The notes under the pieces are model-generated. The model saw nothing but the letters and a program-made list of their open reading frames with translations. It was not told the DNA's origin and did not search any database. DNA of 64,000 nucleotides, taken from positions 48,980,001-49,044,000 of the forward strand of contig OZ260665.1 of the NCBI GenBank assembly GCA_965285935.1, written 5' to 3'. The DNA is from Ophelia neglecta (taxonomy: Eukaryota). Positions 26,913 through 40,322 of this stretch are shown piece after piece (positions within the stretch are counted from its first letter, which is position 1; every line of letters begins with the position of its first letter). A program made the translations under genes and the position numbers.

Positions 26913-29900
26913 CGGGAAGAGCAGCACGCATTCGATAGATCCCAGTGGATTCATTAAATTAAAAGCTGTTTTCTAAAACAATTCCCCATATACCACCAGC
27001 GGAAACACAGTTCCTCTTCATCTTACTCACTGAGATACTAACATGTATGAAAGATCAGAAGGATAAAGTCTTCACGCACCTAGAACTATATAATCAGTAA
27101 CAAAAGTCAATAAATAGGGAAGGGACTAAGTCTTGTGAAATCATTGAAATCACTAATTACTAATAACTGCAGTTCACCTGTATGTTAGCCAAAGATTGAA
27201 CAAATTTTCCACAGCAGAAGTTGTCTCCGACAGAAGCTGCTTTTTTTACATTAATAGAATCCCCTGACAGTCAGGGGCCTGATCATCTTCCATCATGTCA
27301 AGTTTTAAAACAATTATGAAGTAATTACAAGACAATGTAACAAATATGTTAGACAGTTATTACTTAAACTGTCAATTTATGAACATACTGTGCATGTAAA
27401 TATATCCTAGTCCACTGTCAACCCCTAGAGTTTGTTCTTTTCTGGAGTTTTTCAGTGGCCATATGGTAGTTTGAGTGGTACAGTAGATGAGAACAATGCT
27501 GTGGATACAAAACAATCTGAGAAAAATCCAGGGCCGCTGCCAAAACATACAACATATAGTAGAGTGTACTTACATTTCTCCAACACCAGTTGGTCAAGAA
27601 TCTTTCAGAGGCGATAACACATAATATATTATTGAAAATCTATATATGGAAAATACTACATATGGCTCATACACTGCATTCAGAATGGTACAAACCACCC
27701 TGATTAGCATGTTGCATTCCCTGTTGCATTCCCACTGGATACAATTCTTGATGCAGTATGACTGGCTCCTCGCTCTCAGAACCTACATGTTAGTGTCTAA
27801 ACAAACCTACATATTACTCACCTCTCACTCTTACAGATACATACATGTATGATTGCATATTTATCAGTAAGATCTTATAACAGCGGATATTCTCTTGTTT
27901 TCTTTTTTTCCTGCGCTGGTAGTTTCTGGTAGTGTACCTGAGATTGTAATAAACAAGATCACCTATTCCAATCCTATTCACTATTCAAGATGTGTTATAA
28001 GCCAAGGGTTGCAGTTTATAAAAGTCAGAGCTAGCACCCTTTCTTCCAAGCAAATGGAGAAAAGGAATTGGAGGCTAAGTGAAAGAGCTAACGATGACAC
28101 TAGTGTGTAGTACTGTAGACATCTCCTTTCCCCCTTTGACTCAACACACCGACACACTAGGAAATAAAGAAGGATGTGTTTTAATTTGGGACAGGAACAT
28201 TTATTGATTGATGCTGTCAAGCAGATTATAATACAACTGCCAGTATGTTGGCTTAAGGAAAAAAAAACATCTCCAATTCAGCAATGATCAATTGTATTTG
28301 TGCACTAGGTGACCACTGTAGTGTAGACTCACTGAATCAATATCAGAACTCAATTGTACTGCTGTCAACTCCTATCTCTGGACATCATATATAAGTAATT
28401 ATCTATAAGACAGCTGCAAGAAGCAGTTGCTGACCAGTAGATAGCATTGCCATCACTGACTTCAGCATATGCCAGTCCTGTAACTGCATTTCAACAGGAA
28501 TGCTATTTCAAAGAAATAGTGATACTCAACGAGCACATTATACTTACAACGGCATTTGCTGCAGCAACTGGTACATACCCGAAGAAAGTTATCTGTGATA
28601 AAACTGTGCTGCTGCTTTCACAGACATTTTCATCATTGAAAGTTTGGCCCTTGCTACTATATATTCACAAGTTTGGTCACACTGAGGGATTATGGTCAGT
28701 GGGCAAGATCAAATCTCAGGTAGACCTTATACTGTTAAACATGCTTACTATATGTTCATATGCCTGCAAACAAGCAGCCAGAAGTACTGCTCTGGATAAC
28801 TTCACTTCTGCAGCTATAAACTTGGGACAACTCCAGATCAGATATGGAGGCATGGGTTCTGCACTTTGACTTGTCCCAATGAGTCCTCCTACCCTGTTAG
28901 CATTCTGTTGATGAGTTCACTTTGCTTCCAAGGGAAATCCCCCCACCCATACCCCTCCCCTCCCCTCTGTTGGTCATCTTAAAGCTATTTGATTTTTCCT
29001 TAAAAAATATATTAATCTTTTTACAATAGAAAGTACATGTATCAGGTTTCAATGAGCAAACATGCCTATCTGGAATAGCTACAAAATATCACTGGGTATG
29101 ATTTTGTGCCTGCCTGACTTTGATATACATGTACAATTATGTAGCCTGACAGCTGATAGGATATTGTGATGAACGGTGCCTTACTAATTTCAAATTACCG
29201 TACCCAATATCATTCATTGCTAATCAAACAAAATTCTGGTTAATCCTCCATTCACCAATCTTGAGTTTTCAGCAAGTGCAAGTGAGTTATGAAAATAATT
29301 TCTCGATTGCCACCTTGAACCGGCATTGAGACTGTATGGTCATCCAGGGGACTATTAATTTTAACGGTCAAAACTTCCTCAATACACAAAAGCAGATAAG
29401 GAATCAACCTAATCAATGCATTTTCTTGAAGTCAGACTTTATACTAGCACTCACAAACTGGAGCTCAGACATTAAAAAAAATTGCTTTTTCTTTTTGAAT
29501 CCATGAATACTTAATATTAACTTGTATGTGAGAACCGTGGCCATCTCATAAATACAGCTTCCTATGACCATTGGCCATTTCACACCTGCAGCCTCTTATA
29601 AACCATGGCTTTCTGCGAACAAAGCATGGTCATCTGAATACTGACCACAAATGAATCATTAACTATGGCCGTCTAAGAGCTTCAAGAACTATGGATAGCT
29701 GAGGGACCAGCTGCTCCTCAGAAGTACATGAACATACGAGAACTATATATGGCCAAATGAAACAGCTACAGCAAGTTGATGATCTGAGTCTGCTGTCCAC
29801 CAGAGAAACCAAGGCTCTGTGAAAACAGTGGCTGTGTGAGAACAAATTAGCCACTGGAGGAATGTGACTAGCTAAGAACAGTGGCCGTCTGACAAACACT

Positions 29901-30139
29901 AAACATAACAACAGTGTCATGAGAACAACTGACTTCTATAAACCATTTCAGATTTAGAACTTAAAAATATTTGGCTGCAAGCAAGGTATTATTTGTAATT
30001 GACAAATAAGAAAAAAAAGGCCATTATTTATCTGGATTTTTTTTTACAAATCACCCTGTCTCAGTTGTTGGTGCTATGTGGCTAGCACCCTCTGGATATA
30101 ACTAGTGTTAGGAATAGGCAACTGGGGGTTAATAAGATA

Positions 30140-30321
30140 TACTGTGAAACCTGTGAATTAATACCAGCAAGGGAATGGAAAATATTAGTTTTAATATAGA
30201 TGTGGTATGTTTAGATAAGTAAATTTTACAATAAAAAAATACATCACGGTTGTCATATAAGTGGCCCCAATAGACAGGTGGTCTGAAAACAGAGTTGGTC
30301 TTTGAGGCTCGTTTCCCTGTA
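30140..30321. mobile_element. Degenerate Tc1/mariner/pogo-type MITE
   Basis: TA-flanked imperfect TIRs: tactgtgaaacctgtgaattaatacca versus the reverse complement of the right end, tacagggaaacgagcctcaaagacca; subterminal gacaggtggtct motif. Confidence 0.5.
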
Positions 30322-33300
30322 CACATGTACCTACACATACCTTTCCTTTTCCACAGGAACTGCTGAAAAAAGATGAAAAAATAGTGATGCTGACTGACAT
30401 AAAGTTAAAACACAATAATTCTGCACCCTATATTATAGTGAACCATATAGCTTCTTCATTGTCTTCTCTGTTGATGCATTCATTTTATAAGAACCTTTTT
30501 TTTTGATCACATCTTATATTGTATTGAAATATTTCTACAGCATATAGTTATTAAAAATATGTAAAAAGAACCTATTTCTTATTACCCTTTTCTCGAGTGA
30601 GAGTGCTACCAAACTCTAAGTTTCCAACACTTTACTCAGGAAAGCAAACCCACATGTACTTCAGTACCCTGCTCACAGTGGTTTTTGATCCAATACTCAA
30701 TTCTACTAACTTTGGTATTCGGTAGTATTTCGGAACGCAAGCTGGCAAGTATACTAAGGAAGTAATAATTATTTCCTCAAATTAAACTATAAGAAAGTTA
30801 TATCAGAAGGAGTTATAGCTGAAGCACAACATTACATTCGTATAACCACTTGTGTATGTTTTTTAATGCAATCGCAATATGATAAATCAATGTAAAGCAT
30901 TATGCCCTTGCTGTTGGCACTTTTCAAGTGATGCCTCTGGGAAAAATCACAGGTCTTCCAGATAAACATACTAACATGGGACAGAGGCCTTGCTTTCCTC
31001 AAACTCTATCACAGTGTTTTTATCAGCAAAACTTACACTCCCTTGCCCATCAAGAACAAAATGTTCCTATTCCTTTGATTGTGTTTTGTGCTATGTCACC
31101 CTTGTGTCAGCCACTTGAAAATATCAATATCAAAGTGGTAAAACTGGAGCAAACCCAATCTCTATTTTTCAGATTTCAAACATTGTGACCAAAAAGAAGA
31201 CTGGTTCTTAGTGATGAAAGGAAGTCCCAAACATCAGCGGTGGCCTTCCTATAAATGTAGGTCTACCAACAGATTATCACAGCAACAGGGAAGACTGTTT
31301 AACCTCTGCTGATAGCCTGGAGAGTGAATAATAGCCAGGTGCTAGTAGAGAGGGAGAAGGTTGAGTCTTCTCTGGCCCAGAATGAAGCTGCTATAAACTG
31401 ATACCAAACACCAACTGACATGGACTGGTGCCATTTGACTCACTCAACTAGGCTCTGAATCCATGGCAGATACATCTACTTTATTACCTGGTGAGAAGCA
31501 TGTCAACAACAACATTGGAAAGAGAACACAGATATATTTGTTTTTGCAATCATATGATACTAGTGATGGCACTAAGGCATGTTTGGAATAATAGAAAAGA
31601 GCAACAAGCAACTGTCAGAGATCAGCCCAGCTGAGCCTGGTGAGGAATACTGATAGACATTGGGGGACTGGTGTTCTGGGATTCCTTGAAATTGAAAGGG
31701 ACCACTGATGTGGAGTTACTGAAGTTGGTAGTTAGTACATCAATTGACAATATCTAGGCCTTCCTTTGATTTTTCAACTTCTCTGAAAGAAAATATTGAT
31801 TCAGGCCCCAATGTGACTGATTAGTCTCCTTCAGAATTCCACAGATTAGGGGAAGTGGGTTACACAACTAATCTAGTGATCGGTAAGGGCCACAGATCAC
31901 CTAAGACCAGGCCTGTCAAACTGAGGGTATTGCACCACCAGCAGGGAAGCAGGGAGGGCAGCTCGGCTGTGAAATTCTTGTCCTCCAATGTTTGTCCTGA
32001 TAAACAATTGCAGGAGGTAGGCCAGCCAGCCATTAAATTGAAAACATCAATGCATCATAGCCAGGACATTGCTATGCACCATCAATTTCTGGCCTGCAAC
32101 ACACATAGTCAGAAAACCTATCATGGTTGTTCCAACACAAGGCCAAGCTCAAAGCAAACCTCCAGAGCCTACACAGCCTGCATTAGTTGAACACAGCCTG
32201 TAACGACATGAGACTTGATCAAGGCTTCAAATCTGCAGATGGTGCTGAATCAGGCGAAATGAGCACAATGGCAGTCAAACAAGTTTAAGGATAGATAATG
32301 ACTTGTAATGCTGGAGGCAGCAGTAATTTAACTCTTGAAAAATACTCTTCAAAGAAAATGTTTAGTCAAGATTGAGCTCTAAGTACATAAATAGACCATA
32401 CTACCTTCAGATCACTCCTCCTAATCTTTCAATATGCTGTTCAATATGCCACATGCCTATATAATCAGGCCCTTTCACAATAATTTTCTCATGAGGAAAG
32501 CTATCTGACTAAAATACATTTGCCACTGCCAAGGGGTCAGACAGACCATGAACTGACTTCTGGGGAAATAAATTCGCAGCAGGCTCTTTACTTAAACGAT
32601 CAATCTTGGTTTGACAATCCAAGAAAATCAGAGTCTAGCCAGTAATAATTCAAAGTGTTCCCAATTTGTAATGAATAAAAGCTATTCCTTGTGGTGTACT
32701 AAATATTTGGCCAACTAGGCTGAGCAGTGAACTCACTAAATCATTCATCTCCATCATAATACAACCACAAACATGAAAATCACTCATAAAATAGTTTACA
32801 GTTTAACACAATTTAAAACATATTATATATTTTTGCCCAATTTCTGCCATAGGCTTATTATACCTCTCTACAAGTTTTATTAATGCCATGATTGTGTTCC
32901 TTCATTGCTTTGCTTTTTCCTAGTTAATTCACACAACGAGGGACTACTATAGCAAATCTGGTAATATAAACACATACAGAGGAAAATTAAATTGCCATCT
33001 CCTTGATATGTATGATATTGGATTTCTTAATTATCAATTTACACAATCCAATAATCTGCTGAAAACCCTGATTATTAGGCTGAAATAGCCAGCAGGCACC
33101 AGACATAGCGCATGTTGAGCACAGGGTGACCTACATGTGCCATGCTTTGAGGGGCGTGCCCGGTAGGAGGGGTGTGCCATGGATGCTGGGGGCACTAAAA
33201 GCATCTTAGAGCTCTGACCCTGATAAGCAGGATGATAGAATGATTAGAGAGAATTCCTTTTGGATTACAGAATTCCTACAGGGTTACAGTTCATAATTAA

Positions 33301-36300
33301 TGCTACAGCAACTGCTTGCTGGTCACACCCATATAACTGACTGTGATGGCCATCATTAGCTGAATCAAGTGGGAACCTTGGGAATTGTTGATGCATTAAG
33401 GAAACATCCCAAAGACCAGACTGATTGGGTTTATTTAAAGCAATGAATACAGACCAGCTTTATTTATGGAAAGACAAAATGAATGCAGTCCATCTGGCTA
33501 TTGTTTCTATACAAAAAAAAGTGGGTTGTGGATTTTTACATTTCTTAGCCAGTGCTTGAAAATAAGGTCAAGTCAATCATGATACCAAAGTTCCCTAGGG
33601 GTGTCCTTCTAGGCTCATGGACTCTATGACCACTATACACTGGTACAATTATGCATGTATTCAGCTTCATATATACCAGCAGTGAAGTGGGTGAGCATGT
33701 TCCTAAAAATCCTTAACCTTAAACATGCTCAAGCAGGAGTGGGCCATATTCCAGAGGGGTTCAGAAGCACACTACACGGAGCTCTGATGCATGTGTGCAC
33801 ACTGGGGCTCTTGTTTACAGTGTGGTGTAAGGATATTACTTGACATACACTAGATATAGTCCTTGGTTATCAAGTGGTGTTTACTGTCTGTCTACATAGC
33901 AGGCTTCTACCCGTATGCTTGTCATCGCCATCATTTAGGTGCCATCAGCAAGGTAACACAGTATTGACTACACCGTAACAAGAATAATGCTACAACCTGT
34001 GACTAATACTTTGTTGTTCTTTTGAGAGCTCATTGTTGAAACTAAAGCTGACATGCTCTTACCATGCTTGCAGCCATCAAGAAAGTCTAAATGTTTTTTT
34101 TATGAAACCTAATTATGGCACACTTGATGCACAGTTGGCATTGGTTTAGTGATCCATCATAGAGCTTTGCTAATGGCATTCACTTTAAGTATTTGGTGAC
34201 AAATGGAGCAAAAGTGCTTAACCAAAAGGTACACTTAACAAAATATCAAGTAAATGCAACTTACAAAATGACACAGAGTCACTAGAGCACTTATAACAAA
34301 AGGAAACACATAGATCAACATCAGCAGCTACCCCAAGAAAATAGTTTCCTGCAGTATGCCCAAGTGACCGGAAGTTCTGGCAGGCAAGAGCAGAGTTATA
34401 GTTTATGAGACTAACAACCTGTAAGGAACGCCTAGAGCTGGCATTCATGGACTATAAGATCTACCAGCATAATCTGAGGGGAGAATTTTTTGCTCCTCTA
34501 TGTCAGTTGTTAAACATTATGACATATTTTATGATGCAACCAACTGATAATAGAAAAAAAAACATATAAATCAACATGGTTTGGCCATGCTTTTCTGCTT
34601 GGGACAATTTGAATGCAGATTATTTGGTTGGTGGTGTGAGGAGTTATTTTAGTTATAAGCAAAGAAGCCATGAAGTATAACTGCTGAGCAGACAATGAAC
34701 TTATCTGTAAGTGATCATTTTATGAAGACTGCAACTCAATCAAGCCAAGTGAACAACATAAGCCATACTTTTGATTGGATAAGGAGCCTTAAACATCATC
34801 TATATTTATAGACAAAAGTAAACATTTAGAACTACACACGTCACAGTGTTGGGCAAAGTGCTGAGTTTACAAACTGTTTTTTTATTTGGAAATCAAGAAA
34901 ACAAGCAGGAACCTTTTCAGTGCACCGTTTATCTGCAGACCCAGAAGCTGAACTATGGGATCATGTCCCAGACCGCTGTGGTGTATCACCAAGTCTGCAG
35001 CTCACCACAACACCCCTAATCTACACCACAAACAGGATCACCCTCTTAGAAAATTTCATTCACAGTATATTTGAATTCTGCTGGCAATTGGACTTTTTTC
35101 CACAGCCCATTGATTATTGTGTTGATTGTGGTCCTTGTACTTCAAGTGATATTTCGTGTCTAGTTTTTCTAGGACCAAACTACTTTACTGTTTATATCAG
35201 GTCTGTAATTCATGTGCCAATCTGATCAAATGTGAGGCTCAAATGGGGATAAAGTGGACAAAATGAAATTCAGATTGAATTCTGTATTACCAGGGTAGTT
35301 CATTCATCAGTTGCAAGGCAAAGGGATTTTATTGAATTGCTGATGTCTGAGAAAGCAGGCAAGCAAAATCCTAATTAAATATCAGCTATCAAAGTTGTCA
35401 GTGCAGCTTGTCTGATACTGATGTAAATGGGGCATCCTTGAGGGCAACTAGGGAGATGCTGACATGCTTCACACAGCCCTAGTTCTGATCAGGAGATGGT
35501 GACCCCGGCTGATGAGCTGCTGGTGACTTGCCGCGCCTGCCCAGAGATGGACCACTGATACTCCCAATCAGTGGTCTAGGAGGAGGGTCACTGAGGTGAT
35601 TATCAGGGCCCTACCACTTCCAGCCCCGGGTTTAGAAGGCAAGGGATGTCTCTGTCCTTGTCACTCTACCTTCAAAGCAGCAAATCAATATCTATCTGTA
35701 ACATGTCTGCATATGTTTGGGCCTTTTGCTGGTAAAAGGAAAACACAAATTAACAGGTTACAGAACTACAGCCTGAACACATAAAACACCTGGAAAAAAG
35801 CATTCCCTTTCAACCATTCAGGATCACGCATATTTACCAAATCTATACGGCCATTTTTTGCCAATTTTCTGGGATTGCAAACCATATGTTAGTTAGTTGC
35901 TCAGTGTAAACTCTGGCTTTCCTGCAAGACACATGTCAGACAGTGTGCAAGGAAGCTCCCTTCTTTACACCATACTTTCACCTTTGTGTAAATCAGCCAG
36001 CTTCATCCTGCCACTGTTTATAGAAGAGACCATCCCCAAGGCTTGGCAGATCAGAGGGTAAAGGACCTAACATTTTTTAAATCATAGCAGCTCACTGAAG
36101 AAAATCTGTAGACAATTAAATTTAGATTGAGATGGAGTAGAGGATGTTAGTTTCAACAGTTGTAAATAAACACCAAGCTGGAAAGCATGGCCTGTCTGTG
36201 ACATTTCCCTACCTTTTTAAAACATTGCAAAGGTTATATATCACATATCAATGTAAATCAGCATTTGAGTCAATTGAACCAAACCATAACATTTAATGGA

Positions 36301-37155
36301 GCAAACCATCCAAAAGCATTAGTCAATTTCAACAACAGATTTCCCATAAGTGGCCCAACTAAAATCCTTGGCAGTAAAGGATGTAATTATATCACCAATT
36401 AAATGAAGGTAACATGCTGTAAAGAAATGGTGGACACATTTTATTTGATATCAAGAGCAAGAAATCAAGGGAAGAATTCATCTTGAATGTCAAGAATTTT
36501 CCGTTCCCTCGGGTCAAATTAAGGATTTCTGCACTCATTCATTTGGGCAATCTGTGGGGCTGCTTGATTTCAATTTCAGTAATTCAATGATTCCTGTGAG
36601 TCCAGACACAAATCAATAGAACTTGTTGGAAACTCAAATAAGAAACTTGAGGAAAGGATTCAACTAAAGATAAGCAACATGGTCACAAGGAGACAAATCC
36701 CTCCCTAATCAGGAGAAACATTTCCCCATTATTACACTAAACTGAGTGCAGCTAATGGTAGCTTGTGATCTGAAGGGACATGGAGTAATTACTAATATTC
36801 CATCCTTAACCCTTTTGAACATCATTGTGATGAGCCATGAATTACATGAACAAAGTCAAGTACTGAAAGCCTTCACAAACGGGATGGTTAGACGCCAAGT
36901 CTGACCTCCTGAAAGATTGATCTAATGGCTTTCTGCATTTAACTGTCAACTCTGAACATGGCTCTAGGACAAAAATGTCTGTGACACACTGATGAATTGT
37001 GGTTGGCGGGAGCTTGTATTTTAGGACATTGCTTGACTTAATTACAAGAGACAAATCAATACAATTACTTTTATTAATATCATTGACTACAATAGCATGA
37101 GTATCAATCATACCATAATATGACTGCATGCTCGTTCTTCTAGAACACATTACTG

Positions 37156-38400
37156 GCAGACATAACTAAGAAGTGTAGTGGTAGACATAAGCATGTGGAG
37201 AAGTGGCTGGCATAACTAAGTAATGTAGGGGTAGACATAATCAAGTAGAGTAGTGGCAGACATAGCTAAGTTACATAGGGGTAGACATAATCAAGTAGAG
37301 TAGGGGCAGACATAGCTAAGTAATGTAGGGGTGGACATAATGAAGTAGAATAGTGGCAGACTTAGCTAAGTAATGTTGGGGTAGACATAATCAAGTAGAG
37401 TAGTGGCAGACATAGCTAAGTAATGTAGGGGTGGACATAATCAAGTAGAGTAGTGGCAGACATAACTAAGTAATGTAGGGGTAGACATAATCAAGAAGAG
37501 TAGTGGCAGACATAGCTAAGTAATGTAGGGGTGGACATAATCAAGTAGAGTAGTGGCAGACATAACTAAGTAATGTAGGGGTAGACAAAATCAAGTAGAG
37601 TAGTGGAAGACATAGCTAAGTTACATAGGGGTAGACATAATCAAGTAGAGTAGGGGCAGACATAGCTAAGTAATGTAGGGGTGGACATAATGAAGTAGAA
37701 TAGTGGCAGACTTAGCTAAGTAATGTTGGGGTAGACATAATCAAGTAGAGTAGTGGCAGACATAGCTAAGTAATGTAGGGGTGGACATAATCAAGTAGAG
37801 TAGTGGCAGACATAACTAAGTAATGTAGGGGTAGACAAAATCAAGTAGAGTAGTGGAAGACATAGCTAAGTTACATAGGGGTAGACATAATCAAGTAGAG
37901 TAGGGGCAGACATAGCTAAGTAATGTAGGGGTGGACATAATGAAGTAGAATAGTGGCAGACATAGCTAAGAAATGTTGGTGTAGACATGATCAAGTAGAG
38001 TAGTGGCAGACATAGCTAAGTTACATAGGGGTAGACATAATCAAGTAGAGTAGGGGCAGACATAGCTAAGTAATGTAGGGGTGGACATAATGAAGTAGAA
38101 TAGTGGCAGACATAGCTAAGTAATGTTGGGGTAGGCATAATCAAGTAGGGTAGAGGCAGACATAGCTAAGTTATGTAGGGGTAGACATAATCAAGTAGAG
38201 TAGTGGCAGACATAGCTAATTAATGTAGGGGTGGACATAATGAAGTAGAATAGTGGCAGACATAGCTAAGTAATGTTGGGGTAGACATAATCAAGTAGAG
38301 TAGTTGCAGACACAACCAAGTAGAGTAGTGGCAGACATAACTATGGAGAGAAGTGGCAGACACAACCAAGTAGAGTAATTGTTGACATAACCAAGTAGAG
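37156..38400. repeat. Minisatellite, 50-bp unit made of two related 25-mers, about 21 full units plus degenerate edges
   Basis: Consensus gtagacataatcaagtagagtagtg-gcagacatagctaagtaatgtaggg, in exact 50-bp register from 37231 to 38280. Confidence 0.97.
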
Positions 38401-39981
38401 AGTAAATGGTGTAGATTTAGTGGATTATGGGATGGCTTCGCTGCTCCAAATGACTTCAAAATTGAGCTTGTCTCTTTTTGTGTTGTAAGCTTAAGTATAC
38501 CTTTTGTGCCTTAGTAACCTCAAAATATAAAATGAGAAATAATTACTTATTGCAGTATTTGTATAAATTGCATTCAATTATAGGAACTCTGACTATATTC
38601 TATTATTCTATTATTATGAAATCAGATCACATAGTTTGCACTGATGGTCTTCCCTCCTTCTTAACAATTCTCTGACAAAGTTACAAGTGTCAGAGCGCAG
38701 AGTGTGGAGTGCGGAGGTAGGAGTGTGGAGTGCTGAGGACATGAGAAGTTTGCTGTGCCAGCAAGGTTGGATGTATGTTTACTGAAGTCAATTCATCGCC
38801 CCAAGGGGAGATAGGGAGGGCTATTATTACCTTCTTCTGCTCTTCCTTGGGCAGCTACAGCCAGTCAAATGTCACGCCTTCTGCCAGACGATGATTATGT
38901 ATAAATAGGAAGAATGATGGACAACTTTGTGTCTGTTTGGGGATGGCAGCAATACATCTTGTCTTGTTTGTACCATTTAAGATGCAAACATGGCCTTTGA
39001 TATACAGCAATGTACCAACTTAGTCACTGCTTTAGAAACATTAAGGCTTGATAGTCAAGTCTATGACACTTGATATTTTGAAGAATAAAATGTGATGAAA
39101 GAAAAAAAGAATACCGGGTATAAGCTCTACGCCTTGAAATGAGCACCTCCTGCAATTGCTTTAACAAAGTCACATTACCATTTTCAGGCAGTATCCTTAA
39201 ACTTTTTCAGTTTCATAGATCAAAATAACATTGGTCAACAATGACTGATGCATTGATATGCACTATGAAGGACTTTAAAAAAAAATCCAAATGTAGTATA
39301 TTTGATCAATATTCCCTTCTGTTAATTCCAAGAGTATGGTGAAAATGGTTTATTTGTATTTAAGATCTATACATTGTGGAAATCTTTTGGCAATCACCAT
39401 TTCATTTCTGTTTGATTGGTCAAGATTAGAAATATCTACAATGATTTTATCTATAATTGTCGTATAGTTAGAGGATGTGTTTCATACAAGGTTTGAGTCA
39501 TGATTCAATTATAGTATAAAACAAATTGAACAGTTACAACTTACAACAGTTCAAGTATAGTCAACAAGCCTCCCAGCAGCTAAAAGGAATTTTATTAACA
39601 TGTTTCTCATGATATGTGCCGTCATAGATACTCCCAAAAGTCCTTTCTTACATCAGACAATAGATAGGAATGGTTGCACAGCAACTGTTTCTCCAGCAGC
39701 TCTTAAGCATGCACATTGGTTTTCATGAGGCAGCTGAGGCTATAAACTCTGCCCTTTCTTTGAGAAAGCACCAGTACCTATCTGAGAAAGGCACAGGTTC
39801 TCCTCAGGTCATCTGAGGACCATACTGGCATATGAAATCATCATGAAATAAAAAACTTATTTATTTATTTATTCATCTCCAAGCAATGAAATCTTTGTGT
39901 TTCTGCTAATATAAACAACATTAGTTCTTGATCATTCCTTCCTTTTGTCTGTACTCTGTCACATAAAGAATAAGTTTGCTT

Positions 39982-40322
39982 GGGGGGGGGGGGGGAGAGA
40001 GAGATAAGCTCCATTTTGTTTAGACGGGGAAGTCCTGATTTGCTTCAGAATATCCAACCCATGCATGTAAATCATACCTAACAAATATGTACCTGTGCAT
40101 GTTAATTTTTCGGCTCTGGATTATCCATCCTTGATACGAATTGCCCGATTAAGCACCAACCGATGAAAGGGTTTGCCAAAAAAGGACCCACCCATGTAAG
40201 GCTTTGCCAAAAAAGGGCCCCATCCATGTAAATCCCGGCCCAGAAAAAACTACCCACGCAAGTGACATGTCCCCATATACCAATATATGGAGCTCCCCAC
40301 CCTCACCCCCACCCCTGTCCCG
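39982..40322. mobile_element. MITE-like element with G-run / C-run ends
   Basis: Left (G)n...agctccattttgtttagacgggg versus right-end reverse complement ggggagctccatatattggtatatgggg; internal 2x duplication of ggtttgccaaaaaagg.ccca.ccatgtaa at about 40169-40231. Confidence 0.5.
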
